From: Phoronis australis
Lineage: Eukaryota > Animalia > Phoronida
Length of the DNA stretch: 57,984 nt
Assembly (NCBI GenBank): GCA_002633005.1
Contig: NMRA01000765.1
Location: forward strand, 101,257 to 159,240
Direction: 5' to 3'
Shown here one piece after another: positions 41,201 through 50,530 of this stretch. Made by a program: the position numbers and the translations under genes. Under the pieces are notes generated by a model. It did no database searches. It worked only from the letters and a program-made list of their open reading frames with translations, and was not told the DNA's origin. The first letter of the stretch is position 1. Each line of letters begins with the position of its first letter.

Positions 41201-44200
41201 ACTCTAGATTCTTATCGAGTGTCAGAGTTTTCTTGTCAACAGATATTGCTTTGATGACCGCGGTCTCTGTTTCGTTTTGGCTGCGACGGTGACTTGTTGT
41301 TGGGATGACAACCATGTCTCCAACCTACACAAACACAAAGTGAATTAAACAATCTCCAACATGCTAAGCCCCTTCCGACACAGTATTATTTGGCAATGAG
41401 ATGGAAGCTTTATTCTGATAGATTGTTGTCGAACTTAACACACAAGTACATTGAGAGTGTGTGCCTATAGCTGTTATGCTAGTCAAAATACTAGTAGGTA
41501 AATATAAAAAATAATCCCAAAGAACACCCACTGTCAAGATGCTGTCAAAAATTCAGTCATTCTTGTTGTTATGGATATTTAGAGGCCATACTTTCACAAG
41601 TCAAAACATTGTCAGAGTTTATCATTGTCCAGAATTTAACTGTACAACATTTTCAACCTTACTTACTGACCAACTTAGTCATTTTTTCAGAAATAACATT
41701 TAAGTTTCAACGCTCAAGTTCTTGTTCGCACATCCATGCTTCATTTCTTAGACCGTGCATTTTCCACAAAACAAACGCTTCACCTTCCAATCAACAGGCT
41801 TCTGAAGGGACACCTTGTCTTGTCCAGAGGTGGCAGTGTCGGCAAGAAGTACCCATGTGTGTTCAATAGGTCTGCCTGTAAGTACGCAGAGACAGTAAAA
41901 AAAAGATCACACACAAAGTCAGTCAGATAATTACCGTATTCATATAGGTTAACATCCAGGACATCTTAACAATAGCAGAATTCAGAACACAGCCCCCTCC
42001 CCCACTTTTTTCAGTGCTGTGCCGCCTACTTTATTGTCACAATATTTGAAAGGCTTCTCAACCAATAAGCTATTCCTACAAAAAGTAGAGTGGAAAATAA
42101 CGCAGTTTTTACGGATTTATTACCGTGTAACTCCAGAGTTCCATGTCGGATCCCCAGGCTCTTAGTGCCATAAACAGGGATCTCCCTCGTCCTCTGATGA
42201 CCATGTAGCTCAATAATAGTTTCTCCCAGGTATGGGTTAGCCTCGGTACCAATCTGAAACACGGCAACATCACACACGTATGCACATCATTTAGTGCCCA
42301 GAATTCAAGGCACATTGAATTGTCAATAACAATAAGACGATAGTGGCCTTTTCCCATGTGGACATTCTCTTCATAGTTCAATGGAAAGGCTAAATCTTAT
42401 GCACTGATGTGCAATATCAAGCAAGAATGAAATTTGCCATTATGGTGATTTGGGATATCAGAAATGTCGCATTTATTTGAATTTTGTTGCAATGCAAAAA
42501 TGCACAAGATTACACATCAGTGTGTAATATTACGTGCCCGTGCGTAATACCAAGCAGTCGTGCATAATAGTACGCATTCCTTGTGCAACGTTGATGCATC
42601 TAGCCTCTGATGGTTTATTAATTTTGAGAACAACTTTGCGCAGTACATCGCTGTGATTTCAGCTATTAAAGTGCATAAAAGCAACACCTTCAATATTTAG
42701 CGAGCACTGAAAAGAACTCTTGACAAATAGAAATTAGTACTTATTCCAGGTTTTGTGCATCAAAAATTGTCGAATTCTGACGTTTTGAGTTTTTGTTTAT
42801 GTTAAAAAGTACTGCTGCATAAAACTCGAGATTAAACGATGTATCAGTACTTGTATTTATACCACAATATTAGCGTCGAATGGCAGATACAACCATGTAA
42901 TAAGTTAACCCATTTAGTTGTCTCACTAGTGAGATATCATTTTGGCGTGAAACCGAGACAGGTTTCAAACCTGGGCCTCAAGAGTTTCGAGTCGCCGACT
43001 TAACCACTACACCACTCAGCGGCTGACGTCATCGAACGTGAAAATAGAATACTTAAATGAGCACGCGCAACAATCGCATGTTCAGCAAAGGGCATTGTAC
43101 CGACATTTATACGCTATGAAAAATAAGACGCATAATTTCCATAAAAACGATATCTTAATTCGGTGAAATTTTTCTCTCGTGTTCTCTCTTGTAAATAACT
43201 GATCTCCAATTTGAATGCGGGTATCGTGTCGTCCGGATCCTTTGACTTGAGCATTATAATCAGTTACTATTGGTAACCTACTTCAGCAAACGATGTTTTC
43301 CCCGTCGGAGCTTAGCGTGATAAAATGTGTAGTAAGCTATAATTATAGTTGCTAAACCTTAATTTACAGATTAACTTTTATTTCTATTTTGTTTAAATTT
43401 TCAATTGGTTTTGAGTAAAGGCATTATTTGACAAAAAGAGCTCGGCTTTTCTTAAAAGGTCACGACCTCCGACCCCGGGCCTATGACATAGAAAGTAGTT
43501 ACAAAGCCGAGGCGAGTCGAGAAAGGTAGATCGATTCATTGCAATGTTTCTCATTCAGTATGTGGTATAAATAGATTATTACATGTTCTCAGTCGTTATC
43601 TCCTTATCTTGAGCCCGAGTGGATTTTGCAGCATTATAACCCTCTGGGCTGACGCCCGTCGGGTGATACTTCTCCAAAATCCACTTGGGCTCCAGATAAC
43701 GGGGTATAACGACGTCGCCATGTAATAATCTGTATGTATACGTCATTCATTTATTTTATACCTCTCATTTTTACATAGAACAGATCGTAAAAAATATCCA
43801 TTGTGAGTTAAAATGTCAATAATGGATAATAGCCCTATTAAAAAAACTTAATAAGGATACATCATAAATTCATCACAGATATAGGTATAACATCCATATG
43901 AAGCCAATTCTGTAAACTTTTTAAATTTGAAAAACTCATTTTAAGGACGCCACTCTTTACCCGACTTCTTCTTTCCTTGCCCAAAATTGCCAAGAAACCA
44001 TGATGCCAAATATTCGACAAACTAGTATTTCAGTCAGTACCAAAATTTCAGCAAGGCAATACTCATTTACCTTCAGGTCATATGAAATAAATCCATGCGA
44101 AGGCTCAGCGGGTTCAATTAATACCAAAGGAACGAAACGAATCTGGACAGTTGCAGTTTTAGTCCGATTCATGGAAATATAGATTCTCAGTACACGTATG

Positions 44201-47200
44201 ACATTAAATATCTGCAACAAGTTGCCACGTGACTTGCTGACACCTAGAGGAAAACACTAGCAACATGGACTCGCACTTGAGTAACCCCATGTTATATTGA
44301 TAAATACTGTGACTGGAAAAAGAAAGTTAATGATTTTAGACAGTGACATTACATAGCACACTTTTTAAAACCTATTGTATATATGCAAAACTAATTGTGC
44401 TCATAATAGTACAGCAAATGCAACAGTGAATATTATCTAAATTTCAAATTTTTAAAATAGATGAAAACATAAAAATGTCATAGTGAAATCTTTTGAGTGC
44501 TGTCATGTACATATCATAAAATGGCAAGGTATACAATCACAAAATAATTAACAAAATCAGTCATGATTGCATATCATAATGAACAAAATTATTTAACTTC
44601 AACTTAAATTATCGAATGACAATTATTTGGGGGGCGTGACCGAACCAACCTTTGAAGGCGTGTACATGGTCGTAAACGGTTCTATAATTTGTAATTTATC
44701 AACTGCCGTTTTAACAAGCAAACGCATCAGGATTACATAAGATAATTTTAGAGTCGTGGTAGATGACAAATTCAGAACAGTCCTATGAAGGAAATTCTAC
44801 ACTGTAGACCACCACAAAGAACTTTGCAGACTCATTACAGGGTTCATGCTATTCGATTACATAATGACCTCAACAACTTTTCGGGTAGCACCCGGACCCT
44901 CAGTCCTGTCTGTTCGACTACTTATCAGTCAAGCACCTGAAGTCAAATTAATTTTGATGCGCGTAAATCCAGTTAGTAAACCTGTGTTCGTGATTAGCAC
45001 ACAGATTTTGATTATGTTTTAAATTCTATTATTAATACTTTTTAAAAATGTGTAGTTTTTCAAAACAAATTTTATACTTTGATACGCAAGGTTGTTTATT
45101 ACATTTTATGACCCTGCTTGCAACGCTTAATGAACGGCGTTGCTGCGTGGAAATAATGTATTTTCAATGAATCCCTGATCCAAATTAAGTCCAGACGCCT
45201 CCGACTTATTAGCATTGCACATGATAGTGACCAGGGTATCTGAACCTCACCAGCAGGTTTGTTGATGTAGAAGTCAGTGTGAATGAAAATTCATGTAATG
45301 AAGACATTTTGGTTTTATGTTAACTTGATTTCGTTCCAAGTTCAAACAGAAAGTTTCGTGAAACAGGCATGAATTTACACTGGTTGACATCAAATGCATC
45401 ATCCAACAACAGCAAAATTACTCTCCAACAGTGTACAACCATGCAGCCTGTGGCTTGGCAAGAGTACACTTCACCTAAACATCACAAACATGTCTCATAC
45501 CTGTAATAGTCCACCTTTGACCACCAGACAGTTGACAAACTTCAGCGTAGGTCCCTTCTGGCCCTCCCCGGGGTCCTCAAAGATAAGCGCACCTGCCAAC
45601 AAGCATGAACAAATAAAAATTGACACTACTTGCAATCCAACCCAGTTCCATTCTACAGAAGGCTGGGTTCACAGCCATATGGGCTATGTTCCGCCATTGC
45701 AATTGATTGTCAAGGGAAAACCCGTTGCATCCTTTGGCGGGAAACTTGGAAATAACTAATTTTTCTTCAAAATTCGTGACTNNNNNNNNNNNNNNNNNNN
45801 NNNNNNNNNNNNNNNNNNNNNNNNNNNNNNNNNNNNNNNNNNNNNNNNNNNNNNNNNNNNNNNNNNNNNNNNNNNNNNNNNNNNNNNNNNNNNNNNNNNN
45901 NNNNNNNNNNNNNNNNNNNNNNNNNNNNNNNNNNNNNNNNNNNNNNNNNNNNNNNNNNNNNNNNNNNNNNNNNNNNNNNNNNNNNNNNNNNNNNNNNNNN
46001 NNNNNATCGTCTTTGCGCAAACTACATTGAGATTTAAGTCTCCCAAAAAAAGTTGACGATCGGATAGTGTTTAAAAGTCTAATTCTAAATTTCTCCAGTT
46101 AGTGCACAAATGAAGTAAAAGAAAGTAGTTCTGCTTGTCGCGTCAGCTGTTGGTATCATTATCTCGATTTATGACCCACAACGCGTGACTGGACAAAGCC
46201 TTTTCAATTTAGCCGGTGGAGCGTGAGACCCCTGAGGTCCCAATCGAGTCCTCACGACAACTTCGCGTTATGAACAACATCATGTACCCAATGTACGCAA
46301 CCTTCAACTGACTAAAATGTCTGGACTGGCATAAGCAAAAATTGAAAAAATGTATGAATTCAACCACATGTTTTTAGTATTAAAGTAACAGCCACACACA
46401 AAATTGTCTAATGTCTAAACATGATGGTGGTAAAACTATTTTTCAGGTCTCAAGAAACAACGAGCACCTCTTGAAGCATTTACTGTTAGTAGTAGTAAAA
46501 AACAAGATAATACCAATTTTATAGTAAGTGCCCCAAATCAAAACTTTTATGCACAAAACACAGGTTAGATGCCATTTTAACAAACATAGGCATCCAGATG
46601 ACCTTCAACACACGTCTGTTTGATTGTTGCAAAAATGCATTACACCTAATTTGAACACTGAAAAAGGGCATGTGCTGTCATTAGCCATTTAAACACAAAG
46701 AAATGAAAATAATAATTATCTAGTACACTTCAAATGGTCTTGGAAACATACAAAAAAGTGCTAGTTTTGATTTGGTTCATCCTTAACTGTGGCAACTATT
46801 GGTGAGTATCACGAGATTAAGCTCTCTCAACCCTCAGCACATCCGAAAACACCCGATTCCGCAGAAACATTTTTGTCAAATTGGCCTGATAGATGTACTT
46901 TTCCATAGAAACAAGAGAATGCAGAAAGCACACATTTCATGAAAACCTCGGGGAGAGGGAGAGGGGGAGACAGGGACAGAGATAAAGGCTGTGATGCTGT
47001 ACATGAGTTTGCATCACACAAGTAAACTCCCCATAATAAGCTCGATTAATTTGATACAGATTTCCCTGAATCTTTCATACACAATGGTGGATGTTATTTC
47101 GTTGCAATCCAATTAGTATTTGTTTTTAAACACCCCTTCACCAATATTTTTCTTTGAGGACATCTTTGGTTGAGGAAAGCATTTGTTTCGAGTTAAGACC

Positions 47201-49189
47201 ATGAGCATTCATGGCATTTTCACACTCTCTATGTCAACCCCATCTACAGATGAAGTAAGATAATTATACCCAATAGCAAATTCTGTCGGGTTCATGCCTA
47301 TTGCGGACAAATTTTTGCCACACGACAAACATATGAGACTTATCTAGATAGATTAATGAAATGCCCAAACTCTTGAACTAATTAACAATTCTCAAATAAT
47401 AATTCACGTTACACATACTTAGCCAAAACAATTATAATCCTGATGAGGCATAATGAATAGTTGTCTTTGTTATTTGACCTATTTGTCATTGATAAAACGG
47501 CATATCCGACCTTGAGCTGTGGTGCAAAAATGTGGGAGTTTGATACGTATGAGACAGTGTATTGAATGTGTTCATATTAAATTTTGTAATTAAAATGGTC
47601 CTGGGTGTAGGATTGTTCAAATTCTGTATTGTTAGGCGAATGTGGTCGCTACCCATTGTTTATTATTACGTTTAATGTATTAAGCACTGGCTCAAAGATG
47701 CAATCAATAACAGAGATATAAAAGAGCATCCCAAGATTTAATGTTTAATTTGGATTAAAATGGAACGTGTTGCTATAAACGAGCGTCAACAGTTAAAAAA
47801 CTTCTCGGTAAATATCGTATTTATGCTGTCTGGTTGAACCAAGGTGTTGCCTGTGAGACAACCTTTATTCATGTTTTTACCAATGTGATATAAATTGTTA
47901 TATACAGGTTTGGCAGAGCGACGTTGATTACAATTCTAAGTTAAGATACTTTTTTCAATTTAAATTAGAGAAGATTTGAACGGGTTTGTCTACAAATTCA
48001 CAATGATTGACGTGATTTGGGCACTTCATGACTTGACTGTCAGAAACTGACACCTGTTACCCGGCCTGTTCTGGGAGCGTGTCTTTTCTGTCCAAATAAC
48101 ATCGAAGATATCATATTAATACTTGTATGCCCAGCATTTCGTGATTCAAAGTGGAACTTGCATGCTAATTCTTTATCTCTGTGATTGCTAAGTCAAACTA
48201 GATAGAAACACAACATATAGCGACGGTGTGAATATGAAGTAGGTTGAAAATTTCCAAATGTTTTTAAGAACGAGTTTTGTGTCGAAAATGATCTGCCGTA
48301 AGTCACTCAACCACGTTCAGTAAGTATCGTGGCGTGTTGTTGCGGAATAACACTGCATGATGCGGGCTATGTTAGCCTCCAAGTTACATCACTAGTGCAA
48401 AGGTCACCTATTTTGTTTTAACATTAAGTTGTCAATGAATACGTCTGCACTTTGCTTAATGAAGATGATGTTCAGCATTTGTCAGTTAGCTCCTGCTACA
48501 CATCAACATAATTAGAAGGCAAGCATGCAAATACATCTTTGAGAGTTAGATTTATGCTGGAAAAATATTGGAGCAGTGTCAACAAATTTAATGGTTTAAC
48601 AAAAAACCTGACAAATGTATCACTAGTTTCATTTACCATATGATTCATTTTGTAACAGACCATCATTATGTACAGAAATGTTTGAGCCTCCCTGGTCATT
48701 ATAAGTTTAATCTCTGTAATTACACTTTGGACCAATAGCCTTGGATACTTGTAATAAATGCTACAATGTGTAGCCATTGTGTTTGTACATAATGTCTTCC
48801 CGTTGCAGGACAGGAATAGGAGAAACTGAGGAGAGGTTGGAGAGAGGGAGGGGATGGAGAGAGGGAGGGATTGAGAGAGGGAGGATGGAGAGAGAGAGGG
48901 ATGTAGAGAGGGAGGGATGGAGAGAAGGAGGGATGGAGAGAGGGACGAATGGAGAGAGAGAGAGAGGGAAGCAGAGAGAGAGGCAGTGAGGGATGCAAGT
49001 GTCACATCTACTACTTGACTAACCTTGCAAGTCTTTCCAACATCCGTGTTTTCAACAACCACGTTGGTTCTGAAGCCTGTAGCAGATGGCGTCCTCTTTT
49101 CAGTGACACAGACAATCTCATTATTTGACACCATGGATACAACACAGGGGGAGCCACCGATATCAACCAAATTCTTGGTCTTAGTGGAG
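2142..49189 (-). CDS. PKHD1L1: Fibrocystin-L (PKHD1L1)-like gene, partial multi-exon model (13 visible exons, both ends open)
   Basis: Exons in colinear order translate to hallmark fibrocystin-L segments (ACPEGFDTGEFATQTCFQGRFGKEVGSDQFGG; GQAFRLGRYPIHFHLLG; SSLLNDDVTPAAFWVTHPNNTIQHN; DYGVYFQ). All have GT-AG boundaries and phases are compatible except across the 45.8-kb gap. Orthologue versus paralogue cannot be decided here. Confidence 0.93.
3370..5071 (-). mobile_element. Helentron/DINE-1 (HINE)-like non-autonomous rolling-circle element, copy 1, with internal tandem array
   Basis: On the minus strand: T-run start, subterminal IR atgcgccca...tgggtgcat, 5' hairpin ccacata-atat-tatgtgg, (GTCC)-type microsatellite, internal ~145-bp tandem units, 3' stem-loop caacg-ctcca-cgttg then ctcttgtt; no TSD seen. 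Confidence 0.75.
5477..5957. mobile_element. Putative hAT-type MITE, right TIR truncated
   Basis: Left cagggcttggaat, right attccaag; subterminal gcggaaa repeats at both ends. Confidence 0.4.
5975..6360 (-). repeat. Degraded fragment of the HINE-like array family
   Basis: gttgccactagggggcatagcagtagtcag (~6032) and aaatttcatgaaaatc motifs shared with 3370-5071. Confidence 0.55.
6394..6646 (-). CDS. PKHD1L1: PKHD1L1-like exon (LASSLVVQNLVLAENGGGLFTLVYHP...GTTSSYDC...NSGLAAV)
   Basis: ttgtag|TTG...G|gtaaga; 253 nt; phase 0 start matches the previous exon; N-x-x-L-x-[DE]NG...Y-x-P...G-x-x-x-x-[FY]-x-C pattern. Confidence 0.87.
7887..8273. mobile_element. Old foldback/MITE palindrome (~390 bp)
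   Basis: Symmetric arm pairs ctaatc/gattag, caaaatcgaactc/gagttcgattttg, ctgtgtacttc/gaagtacacag. Confidence 0.6.
8275..10032 (-). mobile_element. Helentron/DINE-1 (HINE)-like element, copy 2
   Basis: Colinear with copy 1 from aacaagagcaacgcggagcgttgaaatg to ccacatatatgtgggcccat; same 11-unit array. Confidence 0.78.
13578..13933 (-). CDS. PKHD1L1: PKHD1L1-like exon, second beta-helix (AIRVEGVNIVISNNL...NVVAGAERIGY...DYGVYFQ)
   Basis: gttgcag|...CAG|gtaaat; 356 nt within ORF 13443..14036. Confidence 0.92.
14450..16600 (-). pseudogene. Degenerate transposon ORF: transposase-like region fused to a FEN1/XPG-like nuclease (widespread uncharacterised invertebrate family)
   Basis: Colinear fragments broken by stops and frameshifts: GKTGQF, MLDVFFALNRPIYSNW, FSVRRSRKNFSRSAADLSLEQ, NPF...LVNIVTG, YPLSLAHCDG..K.EKS.L, ICDGGFLLH, HEEANT, SDTNVLVIL, KIRRTQYV..LW...P.DYGW, acidic tail. 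Confidence 0.75.
17060..17760. repeat. Tandem repeat, ~140-bp monomers in a 281-bp dimer
   Basis: gatctagctcaa recurs at 17131, 17269, 17412, 17550, 17693 (spacing 138/143/138/143); alternate units are more alike than adjacent ones. Confidence 0.9.
17980..18171. mobile_element. Terminus of a Tc1/mariner-pogo-type element with gggcgcttaa subterminal repeats
   Basis: Several (t)gggcgcttaa variants ending in tttacggTA; related degraded end at about 20540-20706. Confidence 0.5.
18756..19037 (-). CDS. PKHD1L1: PKHD1L1-like exon, G8 domain 2 (GKWVVRYPNEPLPKIKILRIEGNLELDD...GRLVIGWEHNVFK...GPQLGNNVV)
   Basis: ttcacag|...G|gtaagt; 282 nt; G-x-LEL, GRL-x-x-GW, GP-x-x-G motifs of the second G8. Confidence 0.9.
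20540..20706. mobile_element. Second, more degraded copy of the gggcgctta-repeat terminus
   Basis: tgggcgattac, tgggcgcttag, aaaagtcgggg, ends tttacgata; similar to 17980-18171. Confidence 0.45.
21842..21876. repeat. (CAA)n microsatellite next to an exon donor
   Basis: acaacaacagcaataacaacaacaacaacaacacc. Confidence 0.85.
21893..22111 (-). CDS. PKHD1L1: PKHD1L1-like exon, linker into G8 domain 2 (SGKPDPW...AYGCRYSNCQPPPDP...DLVIPKG)
   Basis: tttttgcag|...AAAG|gttctt; 219 nt; C-x4-C-x-PP...RP...V-IP-x-G pattern. Confidence 0.85.
22540..24422. mobile_element. Kolobok-type non-autonomous element (~1.88 kb)
   Basis: TTAA at 22536-39 and 24423-26; imperfect TIR ggcaggtggatacac / gtgtatacacccacc (12/15); RR...YY termini fit Kolobok rather than piggyBac. 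Confidence 0.6.
24427..25505. mobile_element. Kolobok-type foldback element (1079 bp) with ~300-bp imperfect inverted arms
   Basis: TTAA|aggc...gcct|TTAA; arms 24427-24720 and 25197-25505 are reverse complements; each ends in a THAP-like start. Confidence 0.82.
25683..27165 (-). mobile_element. Helentron/DINE-1 (HINE)-like element, copy 3 (more diverged)
   Basis: Starts aacaacagcaaggtggagcattgaaatg, ends atgcacccacata...tatgtggacgcata; ccactagg/ccaccagggggcac units. An extra end fragment lies at about 27350-27415. Confidence 0.7.
27676..27847 (-). CDS. PKHD1L1: PKHD1L1-like exon (RKDWIIICQYVRMMPDYVKV...NKNGDWTYDANEKKFCYI)
   Basis: Not in ORF track; gttttcag|AGA...A|gtgagg; 172 nt; D-x-III...PD...KNGDW motif; phases fit both neighbours. 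Confidence 0.88.
27968..28130. mobile_element. Solo terminus related to the 24427-25505 family
   Basis: TTAA|aggagaaagcaaccttcttcatgtcaattttagcaaaa...ttatcccagac resembles 24427 onward. Confidence 0.5.
32409..33781 (-). CDS. PKHD1L1: PKHD1L1-like large exon: parallel beta-helix (PbH1) region
   Basis: 1373 nt open frame inside ORF 32364..33809; ttttgcag| and GAG|gtaaga; GQAFRLGRYPIH, EDGIE-x-GN, LLNDDVTPAAFW, HPDGPSYD motifs. Confidence 0.96.
34753..34869 (-). CDS. PKHD1L1: PKHD1L1-like exon (GEFATQTCFQGRFGKEVGSDQFGGHILVHSREKDTHEAVG)
   Basis: Read manually in a frame not shown in the track; tttcag|...G|gtaagg; 117 nt; highly conserved fibrocystin-L motif. Confidence 0.94.
34945..36652. repeat. 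Interspersed repeat ~1.7 kb, inverted partner of 50087-51990
   Basis: Continuous reverse-complement similarity, e.g. gataattggcttcgctcatgcggat / atccgcatgagcgaagccaattatc; class unknown, no coding capacity seen. Confidence 0.88.
37348..37559. mobile_element. MITE, 212 bp with ~67-bp TIRs
   Basis: aacagcttatt...taaaatgacataggcaagaaattgaatttcaggcct versus aggcttgaaattcaattcttgcctatgccatttta...aataagctgtt. Confidence 0.8.
37840..39556 (-). mobile_element. Kolobok-type non-autonomous DNA transposon (1717 bp) with THAP relic
   Basis: Perfect 15-bp TIR aggagaatgccaccc / gggtggcattctcct, TTAA on both sides (37836-39, 39557-60); second copy at the window start. Confidence 0.88.
39096..39392 (-). 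pseudogene. Degenerate THAP zinc-finger domain inside the Kolobok element
   Basis: MPLYCSALVPACPNYEAAKKTGISFF*LPREPEMLRKLL...LVCGWHFVDSDF: C2CH THAP pattern with one in-frame TGA and loss of the conserved Trp. Confidence 0.8.
40051..40838. mobile_element. Composite palindrome-rich repeat with tRNA-like insert, copy 1
   Basis: ttataccaca...tgtggtataa IR block plus ~165-bp hairpin atagattattacatg...catgtaataatctat; direct repeat of 42857-43735. Confidence 0.8.
41045..41324 (-). CDS. PKHD1L1: PKHD1L1-like exon (VGDMVVIPTTSHRRSQNETE...EVGLLTRSIKIMG...ACPEGFDTG)
   Basis: tgtgtag|GTT...G|gtaagg; 280 nt; within ORF 40977..41315. Confidence 0.94.
41784..41875 (-). CDS. PKHD1L1: PKHD1L1-like exon (GRPIEHTWVLLADTATSGQDKVSLQKPVDWK)
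   Basis: Read manually; cttacag|...AAG|gtgaag; 92 nt; TW-x-x-LA-x-TA...V-x-WK motif following G8. Confidence 0.9.
42124..42253 (-). CDS. PKHD1L1: PKHD1L1-like exon, G8 domain 1 (IGTEANPYLGETIIELHGHQRTREIPVYGTKSLGIRHGTLELHG)
   Basis: tttcag|ATT...G|gtaata; 130 nt; classic G8 C-terminal motif. Confidence 0.93.
42857..43735. mobile_element. Composite palindrome-rich repeat with tRNA-like insert, copy 2
   Basis: Colinear with 40051-40838 and about 90 bp longer around the tRNA-like part. Confidence 0.8.
42952..43020 (-). pseudogene. tRNA-derived (tRNA-Ser(CGA)-like) degenerate sequence inside a repeat
   Basis: gctgagtggtgtagtggttaagtcggcgactcgaaactcttgaggcccaggtttgaaacctgtctcggt: A-box-like tggtgtagtgg, gactcgaaa anticodon loop, B-box-like ggtttgaaacc (ggttcgaaacc in copy 1). 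Confidence 0.55.
45501..45592 (-). CDS. PKHD1L1: PKHD1L1-like exon, G8 domain 1 (GALIFEDPGEGQKGPTLKFVNCLVVKGGLLQ)
   Basis: Not in ORF track; read manually. ttggcag|...CAG|gtatga; matches the G8 pattern G-x-LIF...GG-x-LQ; 92 nt, phase 1 to 0, joins the next exon's IGTE. Confidence 0.88.
45782..46005. other. Assembly gap (224 N)
   Basis: Run of N. Confidence 0.99.
48829..48992. repeat. Polypurine (GA/GGA-rich) simple repeat
   Basis: gagagagggaggga... tract just downstream of the 49024 donor; explains the Ser/Leu/Pro-rich ORF extensions. Confidence 0.9.
49024..49189 (-). CDS. PKHD1L1: PKHD1L1-like exon: end of last TIG/IPT domain (STKTKNLVDIGGSPCVVSMVSNNEIVCVT...DVGKTCK)
   Basis: Acceptor cttcttccag, donor AAG|gttagt; V-x-IGG-x-C-x-V...I-x-C-x-T TIG pattern; 166 nt. 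Confidence 0.8.
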
Positions 49190-49649
49190 CTGGAAGAAGG
49201 AAACACATTCAGGACTTATCAGCAAGAGTTCAGATTGTGATTGGTTAAAGGTTTATTCAATGTAAACCAACAACAAACACCAGACTGAGAGCATGAAAGA
49301 TTCTGCATGAAAGTGTCGAGTTCACCAACGAGAAATGTAATTTCTTTGATTTTATTCAGACAATTTGCACCATTGGACTTTTCGCATGAATCATTTCAAT
49401 ATCACAGCATAAAGAAAATTTGCCAGCAAGATAACATTTTTTTAAAAACTTTGTGAAATACCCCTTCCTTAAATCAATATCATAGAAGTGAATTGAAGAC
49501 AGCCAGTTACCTTTAAGATGTCGACACCATGATATTTGAAAATGGCCATCAATTTCAAATTCTTAAATAGAAATTACATTTTTGACTCAGTAGGTGCGGA
49601 TATTTCAACCATTCATTTTGAAGGGAAAGAAATCAAAGTTCACATGTCA

Positions 49650-50530
49650 CAAACAAATCCACAACAACAGAAAACTATAGGAACACCCTATTTATACCCT
49701 TTTACTCTGATTAGACCTCTGTTGTGAGTAAGCATGCCTACACAGTTGGCTGATAAGCCACCTATGGAACTAAACTACTTTTAGATGAATGGATACACAG
49801 GCCATCAAATGATAATAAGTGACGACAAATTAAATAATGCTGGCATGGAATAACTAATACCTCCAGGGCAACTTTGAGAGAAGGGGCATTTTCTGCTAGA
49901 CTTTCGTCTAAATCATCTACCAACCTCTGATTTTCTGGATTATGCAAACAATAAAATTCTAATTGCAACGATTTCATTTCTGTCATACTCATAAGTGATG
50001 GAAACAAAGAAAAATTGGCAACAATCCGTACAAGCAACAATAATCACCTCGAAGCATCTTCTAGCCTGAAGCTGTATAGTAAACAACATGTCCTGAACAC
50101 ATCCACTACCACAAGAAACACCACATTTATCCACTTTCACTCTGATCAGACTTCTATTGTGAGTCAGCATGCGTGAATAATTGGATGATAAGCTAACTAT
50201 GGAACTACTTTTGGCTGAATGGATGACCAGGCCATAAAATGATAATTAACCAAGACCAGTTAAAAAATGCTGAATGGAATAGTTAATACCTTCATGGCAA
50301 TTTTGAAAGAGTGGACATCTTTTGTTAGTCTTTCGCCGAAAGTGTTTTAAAAAACTTGGTTTACCGACCTCTGATTTTCTAGATTATGCAAAACATTAAA
50401 ATTCAAATTTGCAACGTTTTCATTTCCGCCATCATTATGCTATGGAAACAAGCAAAAATTGGCCACAATCCGTACAAGCAACAAAGAATATGTCGTAGCA
50501 TCACCTAGCCTTGGTGGAAAGCTGTATACT
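49650..50530. repeat. Diverged tandem duplication, ~435-bp period
   Basis: ctctgattagacctctgttgtgagtaagcatgc (~49705) versus ctctgatcagacttctattgtgagtcagcatgc (~50140); acaatccgtacaagcaacaa in both units. Confidence 0.8.

Noticed and set aside
42952-43020. Functional tRNA gene
   Set aside because: D and anticodon stems pair poorly, the B box is mutated, and it is embedded in a repeat; kept only as a pseudogene.
48496-49023. Ser/Leu/Pro-rich extension of the 236-aa ORF and overlapping Arg/Glu/Gly ORF
   Set aside because: Read-through past the GT donor into a GA simple repeat.
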